Of a stretch of DNA of 64,000 nucleotides, positions 58,697-64,000 are shown piece after piece. Source of the DNA: Trypanosoma brucei. Its lineage: Eukaryota. Made by a program: the position numbers and the translations under genes. The notes beneath the pieces are model-generated. The model did no database searches. It worked only from the letters and a program-made list of their open reading frames with translations, and was not told the DNA's origin. Numbering within the stretch: the stretch's first letter is position 1; each line of letters starts with the position of its first letter. The stretch spans positions 1,120,001-1,184,000 of the forward strand of contig CM000207.1 of NCBI GenBank assembly GCA_000002445.1. The letters are read 5' to 3'.

Positions 58697-58730
<34 letters not shown>
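58697..58730. repeat. (AT)n dinucleotide microsatellite
   Basis: atatatatatatatatatatatatatatatatat read directly, upstream (in mRNA sense) of the ENT gene. Confidence 0.9.
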
Positions 58731-58732
<2 letters not shown>

Positions 58733-59299
58733 AAACACTAGACAAAGGGGATACACAAAGAGGAGTACCAATTGTACTCACACGCACACGCATCGTGGAA
58801 CCAAGTGCATAAAAACATTATCCTTTCCATTCACTGGGCTCATCCCCCCCGCCCCATTTTCCCCCCCCCCTAAAAGAGGGGAAAATAAAAGGAAAAAAGA
58901 AAACGATGAAAGGAACTTCAATAAAACCCACGAAGAACACGCAGTGGAAGATGAATGAGGTTTACTGCCGAACTGTTCTCTCGTTGTAAATATACCAAAA
59001 CGCTCAAGCACTTTCGTCAGTTTGGCACCGCAGTAATAATGCGCGCAACGCAAGTAGAGAATAGTAAACAAAAAAAAAAAAGAAGGACAAATGGAAAAAA
59101 AAAGAGGGAAAAACACACCCAACAAAAAGAGAGAGAGAGAAAAAAAAGAGAAAGGAACAACTAACACTCTTCTGATTTCAAAATGGACGTAGACAAGAGA
59201 TGTGAAAGATACCTTTTAAAGGGCAGAACCCAAAACGAAACAAAACAACAGAGAAACAAACAAATGAATACTAAGGGACTGACCCTTGCGTTCTTTTGC

Positions 59300-60814
59300 C
59301 TACTTGGCACGTAGGTGCTGTTCAATCCACTCCAATTGCTCATCATCCAAACTATCCGCGTACGCACTGCTGCTCATTTCCCATGAACCATCATCATTAT
59401 CATAAGCAAAATGACCGTGATCTGCGCTGTATTCGCTTTGAGACGCCAACACGGAGGAGAATTCATCTCCTTGTGCATCTATATTGAGAGAGGATGAAGA
59501 TGGCATGCGGTGACGTAGCAGGCGACGCGTTGCTACGGAGGGACCATTCACATCCCAATAACCCCCTGCGCAGTGGAAAAGTTCAACATTACTTGCACCT
59601 GCGTTGGATGAACCAAAGATACATTCCTGCCATTCCTGTCCAACAGATGCGGCATCTTCCTCTTCTTCACCCATCTGAAGCATATGGAGCATTTTTGCCT
59701 CATCTTGGGCTTCCGCGTCGGTGAATGGAATGCGCAGGTGTCGAATACCATCACCTTCACAACTATCTTCAACCCCTTCGGTTGTGTAGGGAATATCTTC
59801 AACACTGTCATCTTTCCCATCGCCGCATTGAACACACTGCTGGCAGCGTAACGTATCAAAGGTTGGCGACGATGTAACTGGTTTAACTGAAGCAGGGATT
59901 ATAGAACTGGTACTGCCAACTTTCGGCGTATCTGGGGACAAGCAACTCTCAGAGGTGGCAAGAGCCCCACCACCTCTGAATCCTGGTGGATGATACACCA
60001 TTCCACCTCTTAATACAAGTGGAGTGCATGGAAACTCCAGTGAATGCGATTGTGCTCTCACATCCTCAACACTGCATGGGCTAACAATGCTGTCAATATA
60101 CCGCTTTGATCCTTCGCAGGGAAACAAAGGAACACCATGTTCACACGTTGCTTGTGCCAAAGCGGGTGACTGAGGAGCAGTTCGCGAGAGAGGAAGAAAA
60201 GGTGCCGCATGTACGGACAGCCCTTTCCGACTCATTTCTGTTCGTAGAACCTCCCTATCGTCACCACTTCCAGGGCCGCTCGTTACACTTTGCGTTGTGA
60301 TACCGCCATGTAGCCCCGTGGCTTGAAGAATCTGCGTAGGAGATAACAACGTACTAAACGCAGAAGCGCTCAGCGAGGAGGCCGGGGCGGCTTCTTCCGT
60401 TTCCTTCACTTCCTTAGCTGAACTCGAGAGGTCATCTGGCTTGAGTTGCTGAAGTGAGTTGAGTCTCCGTGTGGGCGTGAGTGGAACGTTACTTCTTTCC
60501 TTACTGACAGCAGCGGATTCACAATAAGGTGGGGATGCGAGACACACTGCGGCGGAAGTGTCGCTGGTGCTGATTTCAGTTGATTTACTGATATCCAAAG
60601 GGTTTCCTCGACTTGCACGCGTTGCAGCGCGCTTTTGCGTTGATTTCGGTGCCGAATTCCCTGCACGGCCTTGTTTACCTTTTGAAGCAGCTGCTAATGA
60701 ACGTGACTGCCGGTGTTGGGGACGTCGGGCGGCTGGTCCTGAGCGTGGGTTTGCTTGTGTTTGAACCTTTGTTTGGCAATAAGGCGTCTTGTGTGTGGTT
60801 GTCGGTTGGTTCAT
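59300..60814 (-). CDS. Hypothetical protein (about 504 aa from the first ATG), Ser/Ala/Thr-rich, predicted largely disordered
   Basis: Long minus-strand ORF. The listed start at 60874 is GTG. The first ATG gives MNQPTTTHK.... GC content is clearly higher than the flanking AT-rich DNA. There are no recognisable catalytic motifs. A few Cys pairs (CQQCVQC, CEGDG). Confidence 0.5.
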   Translation of the reverse strand: MNQPTTTHKTPYCQTKVQTQANPRSGPAARRPQHRQSRSLAAASKGKQGRAGNSAPKSTQKRAATRASRGNPLDISKSTEISTSDTSAAVCLASPPYCESAAVSKERSNVPLTPTRRLNSLQQLKPDDLSSSAKEVKETEEAAPASSLSASAFSTLLSPTQILQATGLHGGITTQSVTSGPGSGDDREVLRTEMSRKGLSVHAAPFLPLSRTAPQSPALAQATCEHGVPLFPCEGSKRYIDSIVSPCSVEDVRAQSHSLEFPCTPLVLRGGMVYHPPGFRGGGALATSESCLSPDTPKVGSTSSIIPASVKPVTSSPTFDTLRCQQCVQCGDGKDDSVEDIPYTTEGVEDSCEGDGIRHLRIPFTDAEAQDEAKMLHMLQMGEEEEDAASVGQEWQECIFGSSNAGASNVELFHCAGGYWDVNGPSVATRRLLRHRMPSSSSLNIDAQGDEFSSVLASQSEYSADHGHFAYDNDDGSWEMSSSAYADSLDDEQLEWIEQHLRAK

Positions 60815-60899
60815 TTTTTCAGTGGCGAAATAATACAATGATGATTCCGTGAAATCTATTTCTCTCCCACACACGCTAACTTTTGTCCGTCTTTTTTTT

Positions 60900-61548
60900 T
60901 TCTTTTTACCTTTTGTCCAACGCCCAAAGCGCCTTTGGATTCTTCACTGCAACACCTCCCCCAATAGGGAAATGTGCGGATATATATATATGAGTGTGGT
61001 AAAAGTGATCGGATGGGTCCTTTTTTTCCTTTTTTTTTTGTGAAGAAACGAGGTCAACAATATTCAAATTCCTTTTATTTCTTCTTCTTTTCTCCTCCCC
61101 TCCCCTTCCAGCTTCCTTCAGATGAATGGTTAAAAAGAAGAGGACTGCCTGTTGTTTCAGTTTTTCCTTCACTTCACTTCACTTCACCAGGTGAACACCG
61201 TCTTTTGGGTGCCTTTTTTTTTCCCTTCTTTTTGTTGTTGTTCGTGTTTGTGATGTTGGCTGTTTGCCGCCGCAACGGCTTGCGCTAAACCGTGGCTTTA
61301 CTAATAAAGAAATTATGGAAAAGTGAAGACGATGGTATCAGCACGGAAAATATATATTTAAAAATAAATAAATATAAATATATATATATATATCAACTCA
61401 GACAATAGAAGGGAGAGGCACACACACAGAGAAAGAGAGAGAAAAAAAAAAGAAAAAAGAAAAAAAGAAAAAATAAAAAGAAGGAGGGGAAAAATACGAA
61501 GCAAAATTAAGAAGATGCAATGGTGACGCTTGTATGCGTTGTCACTGG

Positions 61549-61580
<32 letters not shown>

Positions 61581-63780
61581 TAAACTGTTGTGGTAATAAT
61601 AGCAGTGTATCAGGGCAAAGTAATTCATTTTTCTTTCTTTTTTTTTTAATTATTATTATATATTATTATTTCTCTCCCTAAAAGGGAAAAATAATAATAA
61701 TAATAAAAAGAGAAAATGTTCAAATTTCTTTGCTTAGAAACGCGATTCAACAGACGATGGCGCACGAGAACATGCACATCGGCACAAACACAAATATAGC
61801 GCACAAGAGCCACGACAAAAAAGAAAAAAAACGGACAACGAAAGACAACAGCCAAAAAAGTAAAAAAAAAAAAGATAGCGACCGAGATCACTAAATTATG
61901 TGCACTCCGGCTTTCAACGTGACCACTGCAGCTGACGTCGCTAAGTGCTGTAAAAAAAAAAAAAGCGGGTTGGCGATTACTGATGCAAATGAAAACCCCC
62001 CCTTTAAAAAAAAAAAAACAAAATAAACACGCAAAAACCGTCATCATTACTAAATCCATCATCACCACCAATCTTCTAACGTCGAAAAATAAAATAAAAT
62101 AGAAAAGAGATATCTATCCATCATATGATTCTTCTCGACAACGTTTTTCATTCATTCATTCTTTCTTTTCCTTTTCTTTTCCTTTTCTTCTCTCCCTCCC
62201 ATCACCCATCTTTATTTATTTTATTTTATTTTATTTCTTGTTTCATTTCTTTCTTTCATTCTCCACGTACCTATTGAAGGTACAGCATGTAATGGTGTTT
62301 TTTTTTTTTTAAATAAAGCAACAAAAATAAACGTCCACAGATTTCTTTCTTTTTTTTTTTTTGACTGAGTGGTGCCGTAACGGTGTGTTTCACTTTTATA
62401 TATTTTTATTCCTTCGAATTTTTATTGTAATTACAAGTTGCAACCAACTGAGACGCACCTCCCACAAATTCATCACGGGTAACGTCATTCCTTTTATATA
62501 TATAAATATATAAATCCTTCTCATTCAAAGCCATGCAAAACAACAACAACAACACAACAAAAAACAAAGAAAAATTGTTGTAACAATAATAATAATAATA
62601 ACAATAATAATAAAAATGGTAAACCAAAAATATTGAACCCGTAGAAGAAAAGCAAATAAAAAAAACACACACACAAACACATATGGAGACACACGCAAAG
62701 CAAAAGCAGATATGACAATAACACAACAACAAAATGTCGTGTGCTTTTCGTGTTAAATAAAATTCATGGCATGCAACAGTCCTCACGGAACAAAAGAAAA
62801 AAAAGAACAAAAAAGAAAAGAAAAGAAACACCGGTAAAATAATATCAAACCAAAAATAAAAAATTAATGGCAACATTTTCAGTCGCTGGTTTTGTCGTCT
62901 TTTATTTTATTTTATTTTCCTTTTCTCTTTTATTTTCCTTCTGTTCATTGTGTTTCTCTTTTTTGTTTCTTTTTTTTTTTTTTACCTTCAGGCCTTCTGT
63001 ATATATATAAATATCCTTCGTGAATCCTTCAGGGTGTCTCCATTATTTATTTTCCCCATTTGTTTCTTTGTTAGATGGTGTGAAGGACGTTAGGGACGTA
63101 ATAAAAATCATAAATTCTAAAAAAAGAAAATTGAAAATTCACAACACTTGCGTAGCGAATACTCTTGTCTTCGTTATCCCACAACAATAACAAAAAAAAC
63201 GATCAATAAATAAATAAGCAAAACAAATCTTCATCTTCCTCTCGTGCACTTACGCGATTGACCCTTGAAGAAAACAAGAAAGAAACCGAAAAAAAAAAAC
63301 AAACTAGCCATATGATTCTTCATGGATACCCTTCATATACATATACATGTAAATACATACATTCCTTTTCCTTTTTTCCCCCCACCCCACCTCTTTTTCC
63401 CCTTCTCTCACTGTTGTGAGCTTTTATTATTATTACTATTATTATTATTATTACTGTTATTATTATTTTCCTTCATCGGCTTTACACAATCAAAAACTTA
63501 TAATCGACTTCAAGGCCTTTTTAAATTCCCCATCATCACTTGTTGCATTGTACTTTTAATCGTATCTTCCATCTCTACAACTCTGCTTGTATCCGAACGT
63601 TTGTATACATCTCTCCCTCTATATATTTATTTATTTATTTGGATTGTGATTAAAATAAAGACAAGGTAAAAAAGGCGAAAAAAAAACAACAACAACAAAA
63701 AAAAAACAAAAAAGAGAAACATTCCTCCCTCCCACCCACCCACTCACTCACTCACCACGTCATTGATATGACATTTTGTT
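60900..63780. repeat. AT-rich low-complexity intergenic region with multiple microsatellites
   Basis: (CAA)10 at 61551-61582. (GA)/(A)-rich block at 61430-61490. (ATT)/(AAT) runs. (TATTAT)n at 63425-63465. Poly-A/T tracts throughout. Confidence 0.9.
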
Positions 63781-63791
63781 TTTGTTTTTGT

Positions 63792-64000
63792 TTACAACGA
63801 CTCCCGAAGCTCTGCAACAATCGCTTTCGCCTCCTCATCGGAAGGACTTTCCTTAAGGGCGGCTTCTGCCACTTCTAACGCCTCTTGCATTTTTCCGCCA
63901 TCCGCAAGTATGGCAGCTTTTGCTTTCAAAAGTGTTGCAACGGTCCGACCCCCGACATTACCGGCCGCATCCGCCTCCTCCGGTGGTGGGTTGCAAATAA
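63792..64000 (-). CDS. 3' end of a minus-strand gene that continues beyond the window; the C-terminal 69 aa are visible; hypothetical (helical, Ala/Glu/Leu-rich, TPR-like feel)
   Basis: Reverse-complement frame is open from the window edge to TAA (plus-strand tta at 63792-63794): ...ADAAGNVGGRTVATLLKAKAAILADGGKMQEALEVAEAALKESPSDEEAKAIVAELRESL*. There is an abrupt rise in GC relative to the upstream AT-rich DNA. It is not in the ORF track because there is no start codon inside the window. Confidence 0.4.
   Translation of the reverse strand, partial: ICNPPPEEADAAGNVGGRTVATLLKAKAAILADGGKMQEALEVAEAALKESPSDEEAKAIVAELRESL

Overview
This is eukaryotic DNA from a kinetoplastid, most likely a salivarian (African) trypanosome of the Trypanosoma brucei or T. 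congolense type, not a prokaryote. Genes are intronless and densely packed on one strand. Polypyrimidine tracts lie between them, consistent with trans-splicing. The products include RNase II/DSS1-like, ARF-like, phytanoyl-CoA-dioxygenase-like and equilibrative nucleoside transporter (ENT) proteins. Many ORFs have the B-type VSG N-terminal signature (the ...DLLCLC... motif) plus a signal peptide and a C-terminal hydrophobic GPI-type tail.

Layout of the window:
- 1-7 kb carries a plus-strand unit of housekeeping-type genes: the 3' end of an unknown gene, an RNase II-like gene, a (GT)~51 microsatellite, an ARF-like GTPase, a small basic protein and a PhyH-like oxygenase.
- 7-13 kb is a gene-poor zone where plus- and minus-strand transcription converge. 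It holds a frameshifted glycosyltransferase remnant and a (TTG)8-T5-G14 tract.
- 13-50.8 kb is a minus-strand array of VSG and VSG-like genes built from nested segmental duplications. Module A is about 8.4 kb, carries 3 VSG-like genes, and its two copies lie 21.92 kb apart. Module B is about 2.3 kb, carries 1 VSG-like gene, and its two copies lie 13.08 kb apart. Paralogous small Ser/Thr/Pro-rich secreted-protein genes and a VSG pseudogene fragment sit between the modules.
- One A copy has its 381-aa gene inactivated by a single nonsense change.
- In module A, the gene-bearing core (about 5.8 kb) is almost identical between copies, but the flanks are only about 90% identical. This suggests gene conversion of the core. 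There is also a sharp cluster of substitutions inside one VSG gene.
- 50.8-53.2 kb is a complex non-coding block, possibly a degenerate retroelement.
- 53.2-63.8 kb is extremely AT-rich, low-complexity DNA. It surrounds a minus-strand ENT-family nucleoside transporter gene and a 504-aa low-complexity hypothetical gene.
- A further minus-strand gene is cut by the window end.

No CRISPR, rRNA or obvious tRNA was seen. All product calls are judged from motifs by eye. No database search was possible.
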